DNA of 64,000 nt from Candidatus Parvarchaeum sp. (lineage in GTDB: Archaea; Nanobdellota; Nanobdellia; Parvarchaeales; Parvarchaeaceae): contig JBMFWF010000002.1 in assembly GCA_049965555.1 (NCBI GenBank), positions 1 through 64,000 on the forward strand, read 5' to 3'. The notes beneath the pieces are model-generated. The model saw only the letters and a program-made list of their open reading frames with translations, did no database searches and was not told where the DNA came from. Positions 56,218 through 64,000 of the stretch are shown in pieces (position 1 is the stretch's first letter; every line of letters begins with the position of its first letter). The translations under genes were made by a program, and so were the position numbers.

Positions 56218-57932
56218 GAATTGCCGTAATAAAGGAATCTGAATGCGAAGCGCCGGATAATTGCAATTACATCTGCACAGAAGTTTGCCCAAGAGTAAGA
56301 CAAGGGGCAAAAGAAACGGTTTATGCAAGGGAAAACGGCAAAGCCGCGATAACTGAAAGCCTTTGCATATCCTGCGGCATATGTGTAAAAAGATGCCCTT
56401 TTGATGCAATAAGGATAATAAACCTGCCAGATGAAATGGCAAAGGAGATTACATTTCAATATGGTATAAACACATTTAGAACATTCAATATAGCGACGCC
56501 TATAGAAGGCAAGGTGGTAGGTTTGATAGGTAGAAATGGAATAGGAAAAACAACAAACATAAAACTTATATCAAACGAGCTCGTCCCAAATTTTGGCAAC
56601 TTTAAAAAAGAGTATTCCTATGAAGAAATAATAAAGGAATTTAGGGGAAAGGACATACAGCCTTACCTCACAAAGCTTTACAGCAACAACCTTAAAATAG
56701 CTAAAAAAGCACAGTCATTCACGCAAGAAGGAAAAGTTAGAGATATAGTAAAAAGAAACCGCTTTAAACTTGTAACAGAAGATATCTTGGATAGAGACGC
56801 GGAAACTTTATCAGGTGGCGAAGCACAGATTGTTGAAATAGCCAAAACATTGGATGAAGAAGCGGATGTTTACATATTTGACGAGCCTATGAATTACTTA
56901 GATATAAACGCAAGGATAAAAGTAGCTACACAGATAAAAGAAGCGCTTGAAAACAAAACTGTAGTTGTAGTTGAGCATGACTTAGTAATGCTTGATTATC
57001 TCACAGAATTCATACAAGTTTTATACGGCTCGGAATCAAACTATGGGATAGCTTCGCACATTATGCCTTCCAGAAATGGTATAAACACTTATTTAGAGGG
57101 TTATCTTCCTACTGAAAACGTCAGATTCAGAGATTACAGTATAAAAATAAAAAAGACGCTGCCGCCTGTTACTAACGAGCCATTTATTTCGTGGCCGGAA
57201 TTCATTGTTGATTTAAAGGATTTCAAGCTAGATACAAAAGGGGGAAAACTTTACAGAGGAGATATAATAGGAATAATTGGTGAAAACGGGATAGGGAAAA
57301 GTACGTTTATAAAGGCGCTTGCAGGCCTAATTGAAACTAACATAGGCAAACTTGATTTGGGTATAAAGATATCTTATAAACCACAGATACTAAAGCCTTT
57401 TGATATGATTGTTAGCGATGCTCTGTTGAGCGTAAATCCGGAATATGAAAAGGATTTGGGTATTTTATCTGCTATTAACAAACTTGGGATAAATAAATTG
57501 ATGAACAAGAATGTAAACACGCTTTCGGGCGGAGAGCTTCAAAAACTTGCAATAATAACTACCCTTATGAAAGCTGCTGATGTTTACCTTATAGATGAAC
57601 CGTCCGCAAACTTAGACATAGAAGACAGACTTGAATGCATGGGCATAATATCCTCATTTATCTCCTCAAGAAACAAGTGTGCTATAGTAGTTGATCATGA
57701 TCTTGCTTTTCTTGATTCTACCTGCCCTAAAAGCATATTATTCAGCGGTAAAAAGGGAGTAAAAGGTATGACTGATCAAATAGAAAGCACTAACAAAGCA
57801 ATAAACAATTTCCTTAAAAGTATAGATGTCACTATCAGAAGGGACAAAGACAGCGGACGACCCAGGATAAATCAAAGAGGCAGCAGGCTGGATACAGAGC
57901 AAAAGGCCGCTGGCGTTTACTTTGCTGAATAA
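56214..57932 (+). CDS. Ribosome recycling ATPase ABCE1/RLI
   Basis: N-terminal Fe-S Cys pattern (C..C...C...CP; CISCGICVKRCPF), two ABC domains (GRNGIGKT, GENGIGKS, LSGGE twice), hinge RRD..SGRPRIN. Confidence 0.97.
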   Translation: MRIAVIKESECEAPDNCNYICTEVCPRVRQGAKETVYARENGKAAITESLCISCGICVKRCPFDAIRIINLPDEMAKEITFQYGINTFRTFNIATPIEGKVVGLIGRNGIGKTTNIKLISNELVPNFGNFKKEYSYEEIIKEFRGKDIQPYLTKLYSNNLKIAKKAQSFTQEGKVRDIVKRNRFKLVTEDILDRDAETLSGGEAQIVEIAKTLDEEADVYIFDEPMNYLDINARIKVATQIKEALENKTVVVVEHDLVMLDYLTEFIQVLYGSESNYGIASHIMPSRNGINTYLEGYLPTENVRFRDYSIKIKKTLPPVTNEPFISWPEFIVDLKDFKLDTKGGKLYRGDIIGIIGENGIGKSTFIKALAGLIETNIGKLDLGIKISYKPQILKPFDMIVSDALLSVNPEYEKDLGILSAINKLGINKLMNKNVNTLSGGELQKLAIITTLMKAADVYLIDEPSANLDIEDRLECMGIISSFISSRNKCAIVVDHDLAFLDSTCPKSILFSGKKGVKGMTDQIESTNKAINNFLKSIDVTIRRDKDSGRPRINQRGSRLDTEQKAAGVYFAE

Positions 57933-58036
57933 CCACAATGCAGTTAATAATAAAGTTATTTCAATAATATAGAAGTAATACAAAACAGCCCTTTTTATTT
58001 GGAATATTTCTAAAATAGTTATGAGGGGGGATAAAA

Positions 58037-58279
58037 ATGGAAAGGATGGAGGAAACAGGAAGTTTATATGAAAAGTTATTACAGCAGATAACTTTGTACA
58101 ACCAATACAAAAACAACATAGATTTCGAAAAAGCCCAAAAACTAAGCAGGCTTCTAATGAATATAAACAACCTTGCCATAAAATTGGGTGTTTATAGAGG
58201 AGATGTTGAATCGGAATTAAACAGCATGGAAACAAAGCTTAGAAACGAAGAAAGAAATAAGTCCATAATATTCATATAG
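58037..58279 (+). CDS. Hypothetical small helical protein
   Basis: 80-aa ORF preceded by SD-like GAGGGGGG. Confidence 0.55.
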   Translation: MERMEETGSLYEKLLQQITLYNQYKNNIDFEKAQKLSRLLMNINNLAIKLGVYRGDVESELNSMETKLRNEERNKSIIFI

Positions 58280-58280
58280 A

Positions 58281-58997
58281 TTACTTCTGGACCTCAAATT
58301 TTAAAAGATCAATAGCAAGAATATGCAAAGTAGCTGAGCCGGTTGAAACTCCTGTTGAAGAAGAGGTTACTACATCATAACTATTCGGATCTGCATATGA
58401 AGGCACAAAAATTGTGCAGTACCCTGACGGAGTATCATTTAAGGTTGTCCACCCCGTTACTGTTCCATTTATATAAAGCACATTGCAATCCGGGGCATTT
58501 ATAGTATCATTGTAAGAGGGAAAAACGCTTTTTATCGATAAAGAAGAATTGCATGATGAGCCGCATGCGCTGCTGTAATTCGTCACAAGCAGCGGCTCAT
58601 AAAAAGTAGAGTAGGAAGAAGAAGGAGAGAACCTGGAATCATATGAAAATATTAGATCTGAGGGGGTATCATTATTAGAATAATTAGATTTTGTAAATAC
58701 CTGCAAAAGAAAAGGACTGGATATTTCAGAGTTTAAAACTGATGAAATGTAAGAATTCAAAGTCGAGGCAGAACCTCCATTCTGAAATATCAAAAGCTGA
58801 TTTGTTGTGGAAGAAACAACGGAGAATGAAGACACTGCAGAGTATATCTGGGAGAGAAAATCGCTGTTGGTGGTTATTGAACTATTCAGGGTGAGGTAAT
58901 AACTTGTTATTGCATATGCAGAAGCGATGACACCGAGTATTATTATACTGCCAACAACAAGATCAATAGTAAAAACCTGTCCTTTTTTCATGACCAC
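58281..58997 (-). CDS. Class III signal peptide (minor pilin-like) protein
   Basis: MKKG|QVFTIDLVVG plus hydrophobic helix; S/T/N-rich with Cys pairs. Confidence 0.8.
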   Translation of the reverse strand: MVMKKGQVFTIDLVVGSIIILGVIASAYAITSYYLTLNSSITTNSDFLSQIYSAVSSFSVVSSTTNQLLIFQNGGSASTLNSYISSVLNSEISSPFLLQVFTKSNYSNNDTPSDLIFSYDSRFSPSSSYSTFYEPLLVTNYSSACGSSCNSSLSIKSVFPSYNDTINAPDCNVLYINGTVTGWTTLNDTPSGYCTIFVPSYADPNSYDVVTSSSTGVSTGSATLHILAIDLLKFEVQK

Positions 58998-59515
58998 TCC
59001 GTATAAGAAAGCCTAATTATTTCATTTCCAGGGTATAACACAGCAAACCTTTGTATAGAAGCAACATAGCTAGAGGAATAATCTATTGGAAAGCCAGCGG
59101 TTACCGGTTTTCCGTTCAAAACTAATACCGAACCATTTAAATAATAAAATGTTATATTAAATGAATCGCCGCTCTTTAAAAGAGAGGATAGACAAGAAAC
59201 TGGCAATGTTGTTAGATTGTACAGCTTTATAGGGGATACTTCTAAATTATTATACAGTACCCCCAGTTGCTTTATTTGACTGCATGAAAAAGAATACCAA
59301 TTAGACGGGTAACCTTGGGAACCAAGTAGGGAATTGGCTGCTTGAACTGCAAGGTTATTGATATAACTGGAAGCTATCTGTGAATAATAAGAGGAATAAG
59401 AATTGTTTATGTCTGCATTTGAGTAAAGAAAAAGCAAAACAGTTGTAAATAAAAGCAGGAATATAAACAAGGCAATAAGCAAATCTATTGTGAATATCTG
59501 CCCTTTTTTATCCAT
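58988..59515 (-). CDS. Class III signal peptide (minor pilin-like) protein
   Basis: MDKKG|QIFTIDLLIALFIF; L..S.G.P.NW motif; overlaps its paralog. Confidence 0.82.
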   Translation of the reverse strand: MDKKGQIFTIDLLIALFIFLLLFTTVLLFLYSNADINNSYSSYYSQIASSYINNLAVQAANSLLGSQGYPSNWYSFSCSQIKQLGVLYNNLEVSPIKLYNLTTLPVSCLSSLLKSGDSFNITFYYLNGSVLVLNGKPVTAGFPIDYSSSYVASIQRFAVLYPGNEIIRLSYTEWS

Positions 59516-59674
59516 AAGTTTATAAATCCGTCATGGTATTAATCCGTAATATGTCTTTATTGCCGGTTAATTGCAATAACGACACATAAACCTGTATCCT
59601 TGTTATCATACTTCTTGCTTTATTGTTAAATATTAAATTACAAGATATAAATAATATATGGTGGACTGTTAATA

Positions 59675-60466
59675 ATGGAAGACATAAATGAGATTTATGA
59701 CAAAATAATTGGTAAATTAAATGAAGGCCCCTCTCTTATACTTGAGATAGCAGAAAGGATAGAAAAGGATACATTGCAGACACAAACTATAGTCGATTAT
59801 TTTGCAGCAAGGGGAGAGATAAAAAAGACATCAAGGAAATTCGGCTCTTCTCCAGTGTACTTTCTTGAGAAAGACAGGGAAAAGGCGCTTAACCTGCTAA
59901 TGCAGACGTTAAACAACCAGGAGAAAGCTTTGGTAGCTAAAATACGCGATAAAAAGGTAGTTAATATGGAATCTCTTTCTTCGGCAGAGCGTTACATATC
60001 GCAGAACCTTACTGATTTCATGAAGAAAGTCTCTGCACAGGATAACCAGACGGGACAGAAGGCAGATTACCTTTATGAGCAAGGCTTGAGCTTGGATGCT
60101 GTAAAATCGCTAATAAATTCAAAAGACGAAAAACCTAAACCAGCTCAACGCGAAGCGAATATCAAAAAAACAAAGGAACACAAAGAGCCTGTAAAACAGG
60201 AATTCAATGAAATTCTGATAAAAAATGGGTTTGAAGAGCCAAAGGAAATTGAAAAGGGGGTTTTCCTGTGTTTTTATGGGCAGCATAGGATAAAAGTAAT
60301 CGTACAGATATTGAACAAAAAATCTATAGTAAAGAAGGATTTCATAAATGCAATGGGATACAGCACTGTTTATAAGACAATAGCGTTTATACTTACAAAT
60401 GCTGAAAAAATAGCCGGAAACAAAAGTTTTGGCAACATGGTGAATGTTATAAAAACAGAGATATGA
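59675..60466 (+). CDS. Hypothetical protein with an N-terminal winged-helix-like domain
   Basis: I...L..GPS...EIA.....D.......Y......IK.....G.SPVY; overlaps trmI (ATGA). Confidence 0.65.
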   Translation: MEDINEIYDKIIGKLNEGPSLILEIAERIEKDTLQTQTIVDYFAARGEIKKTSRKFGSSPVYFLEKDREKALNLLMQTLNNQEKALVAKIRDKKVVNMESLSSAERYISQNLTDFMKKVSAQDNQTGQKADYLYEQGLSLDAVKSLINSKDEKPKPAQREANIKKTKEHKEPVKQEFNEILIKNGFEEPKEIEKGVFLCFYGQHRIKVIVQILNKKSIVKKDFINAMGYSTVYKTIAFILTNAEKIAGNKSFGNMVNVIKTEI

Positions 60467-61209
60467 AAAAAGACAAGATATTCCTTCTTAATGAAAATTA
60501 TTCGATAGCGATAGATGGAGATAAAGAAAGCAATACACAATTCGGGATATTCAAACCATCCAATATAAAAGGCAAAAAACCCGGCTCCAAGGTAAAAACC
60601 CATAATGGAAATACATTTTATGTAGTTGAACCCGGAGCTCCTGATTTAATAAAGAAGATAATAAGGCTGCCGCAGATAGTCACATTAAAAGACATTGGTA
60701 GCATGACCATGTATCTTGGAGTAAAAAATAATAGTAAGATATTCGATGCAGGAACAGGCTCTGGAGTTGTCGCATGCTCGCTTGCAAATCTTTCAAAAGA
60801 TATAAAAGTCTTTTCCTATGAAATAAGAAAGGAATTCATTAAGGTGGCGAAGAAAAACGCGGAGCTGTTTAAACTTAATAATATAAAGTTCAGCAACTTG
60901 GACGTAAAGAATGGAATAAAAGAAAGAAATTTCGACTGCGGAGTTCTTGATTTGCCGGATCCCTGGGATGTATTGCCGGTAATAGCAAAAAACTTTAAGG
61001 TAGGTGCAAGGATAGTTGCCTATTCCCCATCTATTATACAGGTAGAGAAAACCCTTAGATCGCTTCCTAAAAATATGAAAGCAGAAAGATTAATACAGAA
61101 CAATGAAATAAACTGGAAAAATGAAATAGAAAGGGACATACTAAGACCGGAAAGCAATGGAATACTGCATACTGCTTTTCTGCTTTTTATAAGAAAAGTT
61201 GCTCCTTAA
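60463..61209 (+). CDS. trmI: tRNA (adenine57/58-N1)-methyltransferase
   Basis: T.FG, R.PQIV..KD, DAGTGSG, YEIR.EF, LDLPDPW, YSP...QV, LRP.....HT.FL. Confidence 0.92.
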   Translation: MKKDKIFLLNENYSIAIDGDKESNTQFGIFKPSNIKGKKPGSKVKTHNGNTFYVVEPGAPDLIKKIIRLPQIVTLKDIGSMTMYLGVKNNSKIFDAGTGSGVVACSLANLSKDIKVFSYEIRKEFIKVAKKNAELFKLNNIKFSNLDVKNGIKERNFDCGVLDLPDPWDVLPVIAKNFKVGARIVAYSPSIIQVEKTLRSLPKNMKAERLIQNNEINWKNEIERDILRPESNGILHTAFLLFIRKVAP

Positions 61210-61229
61210 AATTACGGTAAAATTAGAGC

Positions 61230-61859
61230 TTATCTGCTTGAAGCTGCCTGCCTTTCCGTATCTATTCTTTTTGAGATAGGGAATGCAATATCTTGATTAT
61301 TCGCTGCCTGTGTAAGTATCTCATACAATGCTCTGTCTGCCTTTTTGCCTGTTGCAGATAACTGATAGGTTCCTTCTGCGATCCACCTCAAAGCTAAATC
61401 GACTCTTCTTATTGGAGCAGTATCAACCTGCTTTGCGAGCCTCTGCCCGCCTATCAAAAGAGTCATTACCTCCTCTTTTGGTGCCGAGTTCTCTATTGCC
61501 TTTACAAGAACCTGCAGAGGATTTAATCCATCCTTGCTTATCATGTCAAAAGCGCTTTCAACTAAATTAGAAGCGGTATTGAACCTGCCCGACATTAACT
61601 TACTAGTCCTTAAATGCTTTTTGCCTCTATGTCCAGGCACCATAAGATGGCTTATAAGGCGCTCAACAATGCTCATCCTTTCTCTTGCAAGCCTCTGCTG
61701 GGAAAGTCTACCGGAAGTCTTGGGCACTATAACGGGTTTTAAAGAGATTACATTTTTAAGGCCTAAATCATTTACAGTTACTCCTTCGAAACTGTACTTT
61801 CCAAAGAGTTTTATCTCGTTCTCTTTTTTGACGTTTTCCAATGATTTTTCTTCTTCCAT
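61230..61859 (-). CDS. rps7: 30S ribosomal protein S7
   Basis: KLFGK, P.TSGR, IVERL, NPLQVLV.AIENSAP.EE, VD.AP.RRVDLALR, ER.A.SSR. Confidence 0.97.
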   Translation of the reverse strand: MEEEKSLENVKKENEIKLFGKYSFEGVTVNDLGLKNVISLKPVIVPKTSGRLSQQRLARERMSIVERLISHLMVPGHRGKKHLRTSKLMSGRFNTASNLVESAFDMISKDGLNPLQVLVKAIENSAPKEEVMTLLIGGQRLAKQVDTAPIRRVDLALRWIAEGTYQLSATGKKADRALYEILTQAANNQDIAFPISKRIDTERQAASSR

Positions 61860-61860
61860 T

Positions 61861-62298
61861 TTATCTTACAGGTTTCTGCTTTCTTCCTTTAACTAATTCC
61901 TTCAATGATATACCGTTGACTTTTGTTATCTTAAACTTTACTCCAGGAAGGTCTCCGCGTGCTCCTTTCTGTGCACCGCCTATTCTTTCAATTATTACAT
62001 CATTGTGTTCATCTACAAATGAAACGCCTTTGCTCCAAGGGATATATGCTGTTATAATCTTACCATTTTTAGTAAGCTGAACCTTACATGATTTTCTTTT
62101 TCCGGATGATGGCTTCTTTGGCGTTATTTCTACTTTCTCTAAGACTATCCCTCTTGCCTGAGGTGCGCCTGCTAGAGGGTCATTCTTTCTCCAGCTTCCG
62201 CTGAAGTAGGACTTGCTTTTGTTCTTGCTGAACCTTACTTTCTCCTTTCTTCTCAGCAACATTTTCCCGTTAAATAATCCGCGTGTCTTGTTTCCCAT
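61861..62298 (-). CDS. rps12: 30S ribosomal protein S12
   Basis: GLF.G..L, DPL.GAPQARGIVLEK, VQL.KNGK..TA.IP, GDLPGV.FK..KVNG.SL..L..GRK.KP. Confidence 0.97.
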   Translation of the reverse strand: MGNKTRGLFNGKMLLRRKEKVRFSKNKSKSYFSGSWRKNDPLAGAPQARGIVLEKVEITPKKPSSGKRKSCKVQLTKNGKIITAYIPWSKGVSFVDEHNDVIIERIGGAQKGARGDLPGVKFKITKVNGISLKELVKGRKQKPVR

Positions 62299-62304
62299 AA
62301 TTTT

Positions 62305-62715
62305 TTACTTAATATTTATACTAACTATATTAAAATACCTTTGCATTAGCATTTTAATAAGTTTTATTTTGTTACTGCTTATCTTACCGTCAACTGAAGC
62401 TTCTACTTTCTTGGATTCATCTTCTTTCCCATTAACGGTTATGTATCCAGATATAAGTTTGTTTGGCCTTATAACGTTTTCAAAAAGCTTTACAGGGTCA
62501 TCGGAATACTCTATTACAACAACTTCCTTCTTCAGCATTTCCTGCAGCATCTTTATCTTGATTCCATTTTTCCCTATTGCTAAGCCGGCCTGGCCTTGAT
62601 TTACTACAAAAATTATCTTATCTTCGAAGTTTATGCAGTCTCTAGGCATGACGCTTGTAACATCAGAGAATAGATTCATTGATAAGATAATGTCGCTGTC
62701 GAATTTTATGTTCAT
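62305..62715 (-). CDS. nusA: Archaeal NusA (KH domains)
   Basis: IIFVV..G.AGLAIGKNG..IK, VIEYSDD; conserved position between L30e and S12. Confidence 0.9.
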   Translation of the reverse strand: MNIKFDSDIILSMNLFSDVTSVMPRDCINFEDKIIFVVNQGQAGLAIGKNGIKIKMLQEMLKKEVVVIEYSDDPVKLFENVIRPNKLISGYITVNGKEDESKKVEASVDGKISSNKIKLIKMLMQRYFNIVSINIK

Positions 62716-62719
62716 ATCT

Positions 62720-62977
62720 TTACTTCTTAATCCCCAAAACAGTTATGCCAAATGATTTACCGCATGCGATTGAAAGCGCGTCGCTGTCTCCATCATACTT
62801 GTATTTTTCGGTTTCAACCTCGTTTAGCTTTTCAAGGATTTTTTCGCTGGCATTGCTAGCGTATACTATAAAAGAAAGCTCTCCGTTTTTATAGGCCCTC
62901 AATGTAGAATTTAAGCCTATAAACACTTTATTGCTCTTTATCTTTTCCTGAAGTTTCTTCGCTATTTCCTTTTCCAT
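62720..62977 (-). CDS. rpl30e: 50S ribosomal protein L30e
   Basis: V.IG...TL, IV.ASN, Y.GDS..LS.ACGK.F...VLGI; synteny. Confidence 0.88.
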   Translation of the reverse strand: MEKEIAKKLQEKIKSNKVFIGLNSTLRAYKNGELSFIVYASNASEKILEKLNEVETEKYKYDGDSDALSIACGKSFGITVLGIKK

Positions 62978-64000
62978 TTTCCTTCACCACTAATTCAACC
63001 CCTCCTGTTCCTACGGGTATTACTTGATTTGAAAGTATATTGTTTGCAACGTATTTAAATGGATCTGATTCATGATAAAGTCCTGCTTCTATAAGGTGTT
63101 TTAATGGCACCTCGAATGATGCTCTTGCCAGGACTGAATCAGCTTCTCCACTGAGACCGTATCTTCCTATGCCTCTTACTGTACCATCAAGGCACATTGC
63201 ATCAGCTATTAAGAATATGTGCCTTAGATCAACCGTTAACCCTACATTTTGAAGAGTTGAATTTACTTCCTCTACTATCAGGTTCCTTGCTGCCTCTATT
63301 CCCAATACCTTTGAAACTTCTATTATATCATTTGATATTGTGTTCCTTTGATCGACTTCCTCCATTTTAAGCACTTCTGAAAGATTTGTGCCTATGGTTT
63401 TAATCCAGTAATTTCCATTTGAATCCTGGTTCAGTATGGCCCTTGAAACGCCAGGCAAACCTGAAAGGTTTATATCCACTATTTTATTCCTTAACCTTAT
63501 CAGCTTTTTAACGCTATCTGCCGATTTGTCAACAACTGAAAGATTATCACCTTCCAATGCTGTTGATACCTTTAAATTTGAAAGCTTTGCTGCAACATCT
63601 TTTGTTGTAAATCCATATTCCTTCAAAAGCTCTTTATCAAGTACGAATTCTATGGATTTTTTCCTAGGAGATACTGTATAAGAAGAGGTTATGTCTCCTA
63701 TCTTTATCTCAATCATTCTGTTAGCTATTTCACTTGCCTTTTGCTTGGATTTTGCATATTCCTCTTTCAAGTAAATATCCATAAAGGGGGTAGAAATGTC
63801 TTTTTTGGAGTCGAATATCTCAACAAGTCTTGGCAAACCCGTTGTAGTATTAATCACTGAAAGACCCGCCGCGTGCTTTGTCCTAAGCGTAAGCTGCGTA
63901 CTTGCTTCACCTATGCTTTGCGCAGCTATAACCCCAACTGCCTCTCCGGGCGTAACCAAAGACCTTGTATATATTTTTTCAAGTTCTGATAAGTCTGCAT
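62928..64000 (-). CDS. rpoA2: DNA-directed RNA polymerase subunit A'' (Rpo1C); the 5' end lies outside the window
   Basis: PGEAVGVIAAQSIGE, GLPRL.EI.D, LGIEAARN, VDLRH..L.AD.M, SVLARASFE, GTG; the frame stays open to 64000. Confidence 0.97.
   Translation of the reverse strand, partial: ADLSELEKIYTRSLVTPGEAVGVIAAQSIGEASTQLTLRTKHAAGLSVINTTTGLPRLVEIFDSKKDISTPFMDIYLKEEYAKSKQKASEIANRMIEIKIGDITSSYTVSPRKKSIEFVLDKELLKEYGFTTKDVAAKLSNLKVSTALEGDNLSVVDKSADSVKKLIRLRNKIVDINLSGLPGVSRAILNQDSNGNYWIKTIGTNLSEVLKMEEVDQRNTISNDIIEVSKVLGIEAARNLIVEEVNSTLQNVGLTVDLRHIFLIADAMCLDGTVRGIGRYGLSGEADSVLARASFEVPLKHLIEAGLYHESDPFKYVANNILSNQVIPVGTGGVELVVKENGKGNSEETSGKDKEQ

Noticed and set aside
59520-59609. 29-aa minus-strand ORF (MITRIQVYVSLL...) upstream of the pilin-like pair
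   Set aside because: No motif or signal peptide; it probably overlaps promoter sequence by chance.
531-63681. Numerous antisense or alternate-frame ORFs in the track (e.g. 24966..25655, 36838..37440, 47485..48036, 22171..22668)
   Set aside because: They lie opposite or inside well-supported genes and have the S/F/L/I-rich composition of reverse-complemented K/E-rich coding sequence, with no motifs.
1-64000. CRISPR array, rRNA, transposase, integrase or provirus
   Set aside because: I saw no regularly spaced repeats, no long GC-rich structural RNA and no recombinase motifs. The tRNAs show no evident duplicated 3' ends (att sites).

Overview
This is a gene-dense, AT-rich archaeal chromosome segment. 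Marker genes include aIF2-gamma, S6e, Alba, GatDE, Dph2, ABCE1, RpoA''-L30e-NusA-S12-S7 and two FtsZ paralogs. Fast-evolving core proteins, short or overlapping spacers, scattered class III signal-peptide proteins and acid/metal-stress genes suggest an acidophilic DPANN archaeon, most likely Ca. Parvarchaeum-like (inference; no search was run). I call about 65 CDSs and three tRNAs (Lys-CTT, Val-TAC, Ser-GGA). I see no rRNA, CRISPR array or transposase. Top observations: (1) a sugar-binding protein whose normally C-terminal GG..IPKG..FL.S...Q segment appears moved to the N-terminus; (2) a cluster of a degenerate KaiC-like protein, a KaiC::MglA-type GTPase fusion, a Roadblock protein and an LMW phosphatase beside pilin-like genes; (3) a 21-aa peptide missed by the ORF track, MAEEDEEKCGCGCGCDCNCSD, that looks metallothionein-like and has its own TATA box; (4) a single-domain AAA ATPase ending in a proteasome-gating HbYX motif; (5) a TIM-barrel/coiled-coil gene coupled to an MNT-HEPN gene; (6) hairpins flanking ftsZ2; (7) unusual substitutions or truncations in the RNAP trigger loop, the aIF2-gamma P-loop, S12 and Dph2. 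All family calls come from recognising motifs by eye.
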